64,000 nucleotides of DNA from Octopus sinensis (Eukaryota): the NCBI RefSeq assembly GCF_006345805.1, contig NC_043005.1, forward strand, positions 52,452,001-52,516,000. The letters are read 5' to 3'. The notes under the pieces are model-generated. The model saw only the letters and a program-made list of their open reading frames with translations, made no database searches and had not been told where the DNA came from. Positions 52,636 to 64,000 of the stretch are shown piece after piece. Position 1 is the stretch's first letter; each line of letters opens with the position of its first letter. The position numbers and the translations under genes are program-made.

Positions 52636-52870
52636 AAGGCGGCGAGCTGTCAGATTCGTTAGCACGCCGGGCGAAATGCTTAGCGGTATTTCATCTGCCG
52701 TTACGTTCTGACTTCAAATGCCGCCGAGGTTGACTTTGCCTTTCATCCTTTCGGGGTCGATAAATTAAGTACCAGTTACGCAGTGGGGTCGATGTAATCG
52801 ACTTAATCCGTTTGTCTGTCCTTGTTTGTCTCCTCTATGTTTAGTCCCTTGTGGGTAATAAAGAAATAAG
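52636..52870 (+). mobile_element. SINE family B, well preserved
   Basis: AAGGCGGCGAGCTG...TTTCATCCTTTCGGGGTCGATAAATTAAGTACCAG...AATCCGTTTGTCTGTCC. Confidence 0.9.
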
Positions 52871-53629
52871 TAATATCTCCAATGTATGTAATATTTGAAA
52901 GATACAGTATGAATCGCTTGAGCATTAAAAAAAATGTCTTGCGATATTTATTCTGAGTCACTACGTTCTGAGTTCGAATGCTGCCAACGTGATATTTGCT
53001 GCTCAACTTTTCGGAGTCGGTTAAATCTATTGATTCTGTCAATCTGCTTACATTAGTTAAAATTAATATCACTGCATCTTTGGCAAATTCCTACGAAAGA
53101 AAATATTTTCCCTAGGTAATTAGCTCCTATCGTAAAACCGAGTCCCCCTCCCCGACTATTTTTGTTTGTTTACTTTACGTGATCTTGTTGGTGTATTGTT
53201 TTACATCAGTACATAAAGATCGTATTGCAAGTAGAAGATGTCAATTTTCGACTCAGAAATTACTAATGTATTTTATATAAAATATAAAATCGGTATAACA
53301 GTCAATTCAGACGGCAAAATCTGGCAAGTTAATAAATATAAAGCAATGAAATTTTAGTAGATTTAGAAGAAAATATATGGAATATAAAATCCATCAGCTT
53401 CACTTTCACGTGCTGATTAGATGTTATAACAAAATTCAAACAAATACCGTATTTGTCAAATAATATCGGGGATATTGAACCATAAAATATTTGTTGAAAT
53501 GTTGACTTAAATTAAAGACGGCCTTTTCCCACCACCAGCGCCAGTAAGAGAAGCAGGAGCAGTAACAACAACAACAACAACAGCAACAAAAATAGCAACA
53601 ACAACAACAACAAAATAATAATAGTAACA

Positions 53630-53947
53630 ATCCTTTCTACTAAAGGCACAAGGCCAGAAATTGTAGGGGAGAGGACTAGTAGATTACATCGACCCCAGTG
53701 TTAAGAACAGGCGAAATACCTATTTCTTTACTACCCAAAAGGGGCTAAACACAGAGAGAACAAACAAGGACAGACAAACGGATTAAGTCGATTATATCGA
53801 CCCCAGTGCGTAACCGGTACTTATTTAATCGACCCCGAAAGGATGAAAGGCAAAGTCGACCTCGGCGGAATTTTGAACTCAGAACGTAGCGGCAGACGAA
53901 ATACCGCTAAGCATTTCGTCCGATGGTGCTAACGATTCTGCCAGAAC
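53630..53947 (-). mobile_element. SINE family B, well preserved
   Basis: Reverse complement of 52640-52870 plus the 3' tail. Confidence 0.9.
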
Positions 53948-54021
53948 TTGGTGCTTTAATAATAACAACAACAACGACGACGACGACAACAATAACAACA
54001 ACAATAATGATGATGATGATG

Positions 54022-54068
<47 letters not shown>

Positions 54069-54069
54069 C

Positions 54070-54700
54070 TACCATGCAGGCGTTCTCCACAATGATGCTG
54101 ATCCGAAACTGCAGATTATGTGATAACGGTATTGGAACCATCGACCACATAGCGGTCGGCTGCTCTAAGCTCGCAATAACTGAATACAAAACTAGACATG
54201 ACCGAATAGGGCAGTACCTATACCTTCCTAAAAACTGGTATGCACCCCACCCGAATCCTGTGACAGTAGATATTAGAGAGACTGTTCTGTGACATTTTAC
54301 CATCCATACTGGCAGATAGATAAATGACAATAGACCTGATGTTATTATCGAAGATTATCAACAAAATGCTTCCTATCTATAATAGACATGACAGTACCAA
54401 CTGACCCAAGTATCTCAGTCACAGGATTTCAAAAGTCAGCTAGATATAGGGACCTAGGAATAGAAATCAGCAGAATTTGGGAACTGAAAGCAGTTACTCA
54501 TCTGGTAGTAGTAGAAGCACTAGGAATGGTTGAAAAGGGTCTTATCTACATTGATAAAATCTCCGGAAAATCAAATATACACGTATCCAAAATATTGCGC
54601 TAATCTCCATAGGTCATCTGTTGAGAAAGTTCATAGTATAACGTAGTTACTAGCCTTAGGTGCTACGTAGAGACTCAGTCAGTAACTAAAATGCTCCGAA
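54070..54700 (+). pseudogene. 3' end of an RLE-type non-LTR retrotransposon (R4/Dong-like)
   Basis: CCHC knuckle CRLC...TIDHIAVGC, RHD motif, NDNRPDVII, IDMTVP, QKSARYRDL (PD..D..K..Y endonuclease motifs), broken by stops and frameshifts. (TAA)n directly upstream. Confidence 0.85.
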
Positions 54701-55474
54701 ATCAAGCTAAAGTATAAAATATAACACCACTCAAAAGTAACAATATCAATTCCATTCCAAAAATCACTTTTATTACGAGTCACAGCATCATCAACATTAA
54801 ATCATGGCAGCACCATCAGTCTCATATTCATCACTATCATCATCACTAAGACCACCATCACCATCCAAACCGCCTCCGGTGCCCCCATTATAACCACAAT
54901 GATCTCCACCACAAAAAAAATACAACCCTTCAACCTCTACAATTTCACCAACACAAAACCACTTCAACGACAGCACACCTCGCCCCCCCCCCCCCCACCC
55001 CCCCAGCAACACCACTTCCACCACATCTCCAACACACCTGTACTACCATACCATACCCCCCACCGAAGAACAACACCAACACCATCACCACCAACAACTA
55101 CTGAAAGTAACTATCGGTTACATTTTAAATCGTTATGGTTTTTTTTTAATATACTCATTTCATACTTATCTGTTTTATTATCCTATACGATGTCTTCTCA
55201 TCGTAATTTGTATCATCATGACAGCTACGATAATAGCAACACCAACAGTAGTAGTAGTAGTAGTGGTGGTGGTGGTGGTAGTGGTGGTGGTGGTGGAGTA
55301 GTAGTAGTAGTAGTAGTATAGTAGTAGTAGTAGTAGTAGTAGTGGTAGTAGCAGCAGTAGCAGCCGTAGCAGCAATGGGAAGCAGGGGTGGCTAAAGCAG
55401 CAGTTGGGATATTTGAACGTGGATATTTGTTGCCAATGTTTATGTATCGTATCCTCCAATATATATATATATAT

Positions 55475-55515
<41 letters not shown>

Positions 55516-55557
55516 GTAACTATATGTATATGATGTGTATGTATATGTGCTTGTCCT

Positions 55558-55596
<39 letters not shown>

Positions 55597-55717
55597 ATGT
55601 ATCTATTTATGTATATACTATTATTTTCCCGATTGTTTCCAAAGACCATTGCCTAGAGATTTGATGGATAATGACAGCAGGAAATTATCAACTCCAGACG
55701 TTTATCTCTCTTTCTCT

Positions 55718-55753
<36 letters not shown>

Positions 55754-55889
55754 TTCTGTCTTTCTTTTGTTCCTTCTTTCTTTCTCTTTTTGAATGTCTC
55801 TCTGCCTGTCTGTCTGTCTATGTATGTTTGTATGTATATATGTATGTATAAAGTATCATATAAATATAAATATATATCATACATTTATC

Positions 55890-55941
<52 letters not shown>

Positions 55942-56001
55942 ATATATATATATATATATAGACATATTATATATATATATATATATATATATGTACATAC
56001 A

Positions 56002-56043
<42 letters not shown>

Positions 56044-56486
56044 TATACATACATACATATATATATATTTTGCTCTCTGATCTCTCTCAGGCTCTATATG
56101 TCCCTTCTCTCTCTCTCTCTCTCATCTCTACAAGGAGTGTGTATTACTGTATGTCTTTACGAACGTATATAACTGATATTGGTGTTAGTGTTATGAGAGA
56201 TACAGTCGTAGAACAAAGACGAAGAGGAAACGAATAGAGAGGTGGTGGGCGTACAGGACTAGAAGTGTGATGACTTATATGAGAGATAGAAGCAAAATAA
56301 GAAAGGAAGGGAGGAAATGAGACAGAGAAGCGTATGACAAATATACCACCCACCCACCCCTCTCACACATATACACTCGTTATTGATGTATCTATTATTA
56401 CTACTGAATGACGCTGCATTAATTTCAAGGGAATCTTGGATATCAGAGATAAGTTTCTGAAGTTCATCACGATTCCGTTGGAAGGA

Positions 56487-56522
<36 letters not shown>

Positions 56523-56529
56523 GCTGCTG

Positions 56530-56574
<45 letters not shown>

Positions 56575-56609
56575 TACTACTACTACTACTACTAATAATA
56601 ATAATAATA

Positions 56610-57166
56610 AATGCCCTGATGCAGTACCAGGCAGTGGCTCTCATGGCTTCTGATCTTAACTGATTGGAAGTGTTATCATGTACATTGTTTTGTCTTGGTA
56701 TAAAAGATGGGCTACAGCAAATATTCTGCTCAATACCGCAGATTTGCTTGTCAGTTGTTTGACCTTAACCAGTTGAGAATGTCCCTTAGTGGCTGACGAT
56801 ATGTGCATCTCTGATCACGAGCAGAAGTAGTGGGGGAGCATCATAGCCATGTGTTGAGAGGGATTCTTTGGGGTTTGAATAATCCACTTCTGGAAACATG
56901 GATGCTTCATCCAACATCCTTAAACAGCCCTTATTCAGGGACCTTTTGAGCTGGACGGGCTACTCGACCAGAAGAAAATCCTAACTGGGCTCCACCTGCA
57001 AGGACATGTGCTGTTTATCTTGATATGAGATCGCCATGTCGCACACATATGGTTGTGATGCATGTGCCTAGTGTACCCTTATCAAGCGGGTAGTTATGAT
57101 GGGTATACTGGGCTTCGTATATCTTACCCCATGTCACTTTGATGGTATGCGCTGCTCTCTCACCCA
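56610..57166. mobile_element. ~560-bp non-coding interspersed element flanked by (TAA)n on both sides
   Basis: Sharp, GC-richer block between TAATAATAATAAA (56592-56610) and CAATAATAATAAT (57166 onward). Recognised as an octopus-type repeat but single-copy in this window. Confidence 0.5.
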
Positions 57167-57238
57167 ATAATAATAATAATAATAAGAATAATAATAATAA
57201 TAATATAATAATAATATAATACTAATATAATAATAATA

Positions 57239-57269
<31 letters not shown>

Positions 57270-57500
57270 TATAATAATAAAAATATTAATAATAATAATA
57301 ATATAATAATAATAATAATAATAATAAGAATAATAAATATAAATAATATATAATATACTAATAATACTAATATAATGATATAAAATAATATAATAATAAT
57401 AATAATAATAAATAATAATAATAATAATAATAATAATACTAAAAAATCACTACTACCGCTGCTACTACTACTACTGTTGCGGCAGTTGCTGCTGCTGATA
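57166..57500. repeat. Degenerate (TAA)n/(CTA)n tract
   Basis: Directly visible. Confidence 0.92.
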
Positions 57501-57559
57501 CTGTTACTAGTATGGCGCTTGTTGATCGTAGTGTTATTGGGTTTGCGAAAATCTCCATG

Positions 57560-57760
57560 GTCCTGGGCAAATGTGTTCTCGACAAACAGTACTACGTACG
57601 CAACTTCGTACCTGGTTTCAGTAAGACACTGATCAATTTGGATTTTTCGAAAGCATTTGATCGGGTCGGCCGTCATTTTTTCGCAGATATTCTCAGTGCA
57701 TCTACTATCGGTCTCGTTTTCACAGACGGCATCCCTTCAATGCGTAGCAGCATTTGCCAA
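57560..57760 (+). pseudogene. L1/Tx1-like LINE RT fragment
   Basis: Translation TLINLDFSKAFDRVGRHFFADIL contains the RT motif LDxSKAFDRV. Confidence 0.7.
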
Positions 57761-58739
57761 GTGACCACATATTGTTTCGATTCACATATTCAGTTGATGA
57801 CAGTATATTCTAAAAAAAAAAAAAACCTTTTGTATCTAATGATTCTCGAGCGACTACTGCGAAAATTTTAAAATTTGAAGAGTATCTTGTACGAACTTCA
57901 ACGTAAAATGATGTGTCAACATGGTGGGAGTAGAATTTAATTCAGTGTGGGTCCGACAGCTCGGAAGACGAAAAAATTCGCAACGATCCAAATGAGTGAG
58001 GCTTGGTGAGAAGAACAAAGTTTAAGAAGGATAAGTTGGTAAGCTTGTTGCTAAGCATCTGAAGGTACAGGACGATGCCAACTGTATCTCAGGTGCTGAC
58101 CGAATGAGCCATTTTAGCTGCTTGGAATTTGGTTCAGCCTGGCATACAGGATGTGAAGTTTCCGTCTGTGTGGTCAGTTTCATCCAAAATGTTTTTGAAA
58201 GTAAGTCACATTTTTGTGTATAAGTCATGCGTTCGACTTGTTTGGTAGGCAACCTAATAGCAGCATTCACTTAGTGGGAGGCTCAATATACTGAAACTGA
58301 AGAGGCACTGAAATATGCAAAGGCAGATAGACATGCATAGCTTTCTGGATGCTGAGTTGATGGGGTTGTCATTTTCAGGCATATTTCCAGATGTTTTCCT
58401 GTATCTGGTGATACCAAGATTTATCAACCTATATCTCAGGTCTTACCAGGCGATCGCAACTCTTCACTAATCAAATAATGTGCGGAGTTAACTTCTACGT
58501 TAGATTTCTATAGTGTATTAGAGCTGGGTAACAATCATAATGTTCTTGGAAAATCTCTTGGTGCTCACTGATATCAACTAGCCTGTTTGCTTCACAAGAC
58601 GTTTGACATGGAGACTATTGATAAAGTCCGGAAATTGCTAGACTTGTAGTGCTATTGTGGTCATTGCTGGATCGAAATATATTCTAAAGGTATGCACCTT
58701 AAGACGAAACCGTTCTCCATGTATTCTGAATTTGTGTCT

Positions 58740-58925
58740 GTCTGTTTCCCCGACACACACACCGCTTGACAACAGGTGCTGGAGACTTTACGCCTCCGTA
58801 ACTTAACGGTTCGGCAAACGAGATGATAGAATAAATACCAAACTTATCAAAATAATTACTGGGGTCGTTTCATTCGACAAAAGACTCTTCAAAGAAGTCG
58901 TGCCCCAGTATGGTCGCCATGTAAA
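58740..58925 (+). mobile_element. SINE family A 3' half
   Basis: CCGCTTGACAAC...AACTTAACGGTTCGGCAAA...GGGGTCG...CCCCAGTATGG. Confidence 0.7.
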
Positions 58926-59339
58926 AGTTTAAAAAGTCTGTGAGGCATTTAGAATACCTCTTGCTCTCACATAACCTTATCCTGCTTCTAGGAGGGCGGC
59001 ACTTTTGAATCATCTCCTGCTAAAATTAACGAACGAGTGTGATGGATTTTTCCCTAGGAAAAATTTCTAGACGCCTGCAGAAGTCTGGTTGCCCAGCTTT
59101 GTCGGGTCATAAAGTCACCAGACTGAAGGCACCGCCTTTTACTACTTAAGAGATCGGTCACATGTAATATATTCTCTCAGTGTGTTTGTTGATAATACTT
59201 TAGCTTCTGATAGCCATAGAAATCAATAATAAAGATAAGCATGTATTCATCTTGTATAACGGGATGTCTCCAAAACTCTTCGGCTTTCTCCGTCCCACTT
59301 GCCCTCTCTTTCTTGTTCTTTCCTTCTTTTATCATTTTT

Positions 59340-59347
59340 TCTTTTTT

Positions 59348-59442
<95 letters not shown>

Positions 59443-59460
59443 GTCTTCCTTTCTTTCTTT
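59340..59460. repeat. (TTTC)n tract
   Basis: Directly visible. Confidence 0.95.
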
Positions 59461-60157
59461 CCTTTTTTTCCTGTTTCTCTTATAATGGTATTGAGGTGAG
59501 ATTAAATTCCATATTGAATTGCAAATGTTTGCTGTGAAAAAAAATCGTCAAATCAACACTAAAAATGATATAAATAAAACCAAAACGCTACTGGAAGACT
59601 TTAGATTTATTATGAGAGAATGATATAGAACAATCTTCGCGAATTTATGAAACCGGTTTTGCTGACTTAGCGAGTAAGATAATATACAAAATAAAAATTG
59701 AACAAATGAAAGAGAGAGAGAAAGCGAGGAAGAGTATGTATGTGTGTGAGGTGGGGGGGGGTAATCAGGATGTGGTTTAATGAAAGGAAGCAGTATTGAT
59801 TATTCTTGCTATAAATATAGAGACCTGATGTTCCGACCATAGGCTTTTTGGTTCAAATGAAGAGCGCAAAGGTTTATTTATGTAAAATGGAAACGATTTT
59901 AATCCATCGAAAATAGAAATAAAGTGTTACTTCTTGAAGTGCTAAGAAAAATAACTAAGTGGATGATGAGGAATATAATGACGATGAGGAATACGATGAC
60001 AGCGAAGACAACTAGGACGACGACGGTGACAATGATGGTGGTGGTGGTGGTGCGGTGGTGACGACGGTGGTAATGGCAGTAGAAGTGGTTTCGTTGATGG
60101 CGACGACGACCACGATGATGATGATGATGGTGGAGGTGCTTGCGGCGGCGGTGGTCT

Positions 60158-60257
60158 NNNNNNNNNNNNNNNNNNNNNNNNNNNNNNNNNNNNNNNNNNN
60201 NNNNNNNNNNNNNNNNNNNNNNNNNNNNNNNNNNNNNNNNNNNNNNNNNNNNNNNNN
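60158..60257. other. Assembly gap (100 N)
   Basis: Run of exactly 100 Ns. Confidence 1.
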
Positions 60258-60648
60258 CCCAGCATATCAATTCAAGCTGTCACATTTGTTTTAAGTTAAA
60301 TAAACAGATATTGCAACACATTAAAGCCTAATTAATCACATCAGCATTACATCACAGGATACGCTGACAAATTGCATGCGCAATTCCATACCAAGCTTCC
60401 ATAAGGCTGATAAGTGTCGTCGAGCGTAAACGAGTTGTACTTATGTAATATTCATTATTCAAAGAACGATATTACGCTTATACATAGATAGATCGTTACG
60501 ATATTGATATCGTCTGAATCTTATCAAATATTTGTACATATCGAGATGTATTGCATCAATCTGCCTGTCTCTTTGTACACATATGTATGTATGTATGTAT
60601 ATAGAAAGCGACACTAACTCCCATAGACTTGCATATATATATATACAT

Positions 60649-60683
<35 letters not shown>

Positions 60684-60867
60684 GCGTGTGTGTGTATATA
60701 TGTATATATATATTTGCATATATATATATATGCATGCATATGTACATATATATATGTGTGTGTGTTTGTGTATATATTTGTGTGTAATATATATATTATT
60801 TTAGTTGTTTGTATACTGTACATGTTTTATATATATATATTTAGAATACACACACACACACACACAT

Positions 60868-60898
<31 letters not shown>

Positions 60899-60985
60899 CA
60901 ACTTTACATATAAATATATAAAGACATTTCCACCTATATAAGTATATGGCTATAATATACATAATATATATGTATAAAATATACG

Positions 60986-61017
<32 letters not shown>

Positions 61018-61837
61018 ATAATATAAATATATATAATATATATATATATATACACATATATATATATATACACTATACAATAACACATCTTTCTACTTAG
61101 GTTTTATATATGTATATATATATATATATATATATGGATATGTGCGTGTGTGTATGTATGAATGTATGCATACATATATAGATATAGATTTATGACAGTA
61201 AAATGGAAAAAGGGGGGAAATGTGTATGCCCATGCATCTATGCTCTATAATTCTATAGGTTTATGTTAATGCTTGCGTATGTGTATGCATTTTCTCTGTT
61301 CTCTTGAAGGTCTTCATGATAAGCTCTTTCCAATATTGATCTAACGTAAGAGATTTCATCTGTATGAAAAATATTACATATTTTTCCCGTCAATGGTTAG
61401 ATCTAGTCTCAAGGTATTGACTGATAAACGAAACTAATACACCACACATCGAGATGCTATCAGCATCATTCGTATATATTCGTACATAGATCTTTGCATA
61501 CATACTTGAAAAATACACACACATATATATACATACACACATATATATATATATATATATATACATACATATATATACATATATGTTTACACACACATAT
61601 ATATATATGTATACATATATACATACATCTATATGTGTATATATAGAGATATATATATAAACATATTATACAAATACAGATACACACACATGCATACACA
61701 CACACACATATATATATATATGTACAAATTTATATACATATATATACGCATAGATATGTATAGATCCTATATTTATGTGTGTATGTATATGTATATTGTA
61801 CATATGCATATACATACTACATATATATATATGTGTG

Positions 61838-61879
<42 letters not shown>

Positions 61880-61880
61880 T

Positions 61881-61912
<32 letters not shown>

Positions 61913-62339
61913 GGTGTGTATATACACATATATATATTACGTATATGTATATATATATATATATATGCACTTATATAAAATATAATATGCATATATATTA
62001 TATATATATATATATTTATATATGTACATAAACACGCGCGTGCGCATACACACATGTATATGCTGAAGACACACGTCTTCCAAAGTGGTCTTCTCTATTG
62101 CAGTACTGATGTTATTAGTGAAACATGAAGATTAATTTTGATATACTGCTTTCATTGCTGTAGCGACGATCCATCTTTAGCGTTTCGTGGTATGGAAAGG
62201 CAAATCCACTCTTAGATCATATCTGTAATTCTTTGGCCTCACATAGAACTGGCAATTCTAACGTCACGTTCATTGATTGATCGCCTGATCTTTATCGACA
62301 TCCAAGTAATCGATGCAATCATCTTAATCGGCATCATCC

Positions 62340-62413
62340 TCATATGATTATCATCAATATAATCAGCATCATCACCACCATCGTCATCATCATCATCATC
62401 ATCATCATCATCG

Positions 62414-62463
<50 letters not shown>

Positions 62464-62525
62464 GTCGTCGTCGTCATCAACATCATCGTCGTCGTCGTCG
62501 TCGTTGTCATCCTTCATCTTCATCC
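62340..62525. repeat. (CAT)n/(CGT)n tract
   Basis: Directly visible. Source of the poly-D ORF. Confidence 0.95.
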
Positions 62526-63771
62526 TGAATATCACTAATGTCATCAGTTATTCTAGCTGTTTATAAGACCCAGTCTCACTATTACAATTTTCACTTCAAC
62601 TCCTGTTCCTTTTCTCCCTTTTGCTCGTGAGCAAGGGGTTTTTATATGACAGCTTTTGTTTTTTTTTTTTAGATGATTCGCAGGTTATAGATCAACAATC
62701 AAGACGTTAGTCTTTTGTTTTTATTATCCTTCCTTTGTACTGTTAATATATCCACGAACAAAATATTTAGCGTCAACCTGTACTGATCCTCTAAATCTAA
62801 GTATATCCCACATTATGCTGCAATGCACTACCATAAAGAGCAGCAGGAGCATTAGAGTTCCGTCGGTTGCTATCACGATTTTTGGGTCTTCCTTTTAGAT
62901 ATTGATGGGTATCGCTCCTTATCAGATACATGTTTAATGTATTGTTTATAATTCAGTGTCTTCTCACAAACATCGGAGCGTGAAGCGTTCTTCACGAACC
63001 TGCGTTCGCGAGATGGTTGTAATCTGTAAATAGTTTTGCGCATGTGCACAGTGAATTCGTAAAAGGGAAAAGGAGAATAAAAACGGAATGCAAATGTCAA
63101 ATATGTTATATGATGGTCTGCAAGTCATGTCTGATACTACTTTCACGCAAGTTTGCTGCAGTTTTTATATTTATCTTGCTCTAGAATTTATAATCTTCAT
63201 GTACGATCTACTTATCATGCTGAAACTATCGTGATGGTTTCTCAATCGACTTTTCATACCATCTTCTATTGGAGAAATTTAACCGTTATCAAAGGCGCAC
63301 AGGTTTCATTTCTAGCTACGAAAAGTTATTGCTTGGAGGTGGAGTTTATTTTCAGGACTCAAAGATGTGGAATAGATACTTCAAATAAATCTGTCGCTCA
63401 AACAATTCCGCCAGTACGGCCTTGATTTGGTATTTATTTGCGAACCCGAAATTATGAAAGTAAATCTTAGTGGGATTTGAACTTAGGACGCTGAAACCAA
63501 TATAGTAAGATGTTCAAATCGACTCTCTAACGACTTTGCTAAATCGTCACCTTATTCTACATACATCTCAAATTCCTTTCTATTATAGGCACAAGGGCTG
63601 AAATTTTGCGAGAAATATCTAGTGTTCTGTTACTTATTTCATCGATCCCAAGACCTCGGTGGAATTTGAACTCAGAACATAAAAATGAACGATATACCAC
63701 CAAACATTTTACACGAATGCTAACGAATCTGCTAGTTCGCCTTACATACTTCTTATATTAAGGTAGATTAA

Positions 63772-64000
63772 GGCGCAGGAGTGGCTGTGTGGTAAGTAGC
63801 TTGCTAACCAGCCACATGGTTCTGGGTTCAGTCCCACTGCGTAGCATCTTGGGCAAGTGTCTTCTGCTATAGCCCCGGGCCAACCAATGCCTTGTGAGTG
63901 GATTTGGTAGACGGAAACTGAAAGAAGCCTGTCGTATATATGTATATATATATATATGTATGTGTGTTTGTCCGCCTAGCATTGCTTGACAACCGATGCT
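63772..64000 (+). mobile_element. SINE family A, cut by the window end
   Basis: GGCGCAGGAGTGGCTGTGTGGTAAG...GGGTTCAGTCCC...CTTGGGCAAGTGTCTTC...GCTTGACAACCGATGCT. Confidence 0.92.

Noticed and set aside
54983-55004. C-rich run (G-quadruplex potential on the minus strand)
   Set aside because: Homopolymer in low-complexity sequence, with no context suggesting function.
58000-58620. GC-richer block that may be a decayed LINE on the minus strand
   Set aside because: Only a vague DGNFT-like word was found, too weak to assign.
4536-62544. Dozens of ORFs rich in Y/I, H/T, C/V, poly-D, poly-I, poly-H or poly-K/E (e.g. 8401-9012, 30178-30687, 38992-39639, 62239-62544)
   Set aside because: They are translations of di-, tri- and tetranucleotide repeats that happen to lack stops. 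There is no coding evidence.
2250-62550. Other CTGANGA words (2266, 4503, 12381, 15853, 19075, 25783, 34449, 52582, 52613, 58297, 62543)
   Set aside because: Checked by hand. None has the GAAA, UH and paired stems I/III in the right order.

Overview
AT-rich eukaryotic genomic DNA, very dense in microsatellites and transposon remnants, with one 100-N scaffold gap (60158-60257). The interspersed repeats match tRNA-derived SINE families I recognise from octopus genomes, so the source is probably an octopus (recognition only, not database-checked). No intact host gene can be supported. Nearly all ORFs in the track are translations of (TA)n/(CA)n/(TAA)n repeats or of SINEs. Recognisable coding remnants are all from transposons: a mariner with a nested hAT-like MITE, a Tc1 transposase pseudogene, an RTE-like LINE, an R4/Dong-like LINE end (zinc knuckle plus restriction-like endonuclease), and an L1/Tx1-like RT fragment. 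The most notable signal is a set of hammerhead-ribozyme (HHR) motifs in short elements inserted at (TA)n tracts. (1) A nearly canonical type I HHR at 3140-3187 sits inside the internal microsatellite of a SINE, downstream of its Pol III A/B boxes and just upstream of a T5 run. (2) A second full-core HHR lies at 36633-36694 (-). (3) Four copies of a Penelope-like terminal element carry a minimal HHR with a family-wide A6U core change. (4) A sister element has compensatory stem changes. (5) One copy is decayed. Other items include inverted SINE pairs (possible dsRNA/ADAR substrates), a ~600 bp foldback element, a pre-miRNA-sized hairpin, a candidate recursive splice site, and a ~765 bp duplication that looks like an assembly artefact. 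All folds were worked out by hand. Coordinates of decayed repeats are approximate.
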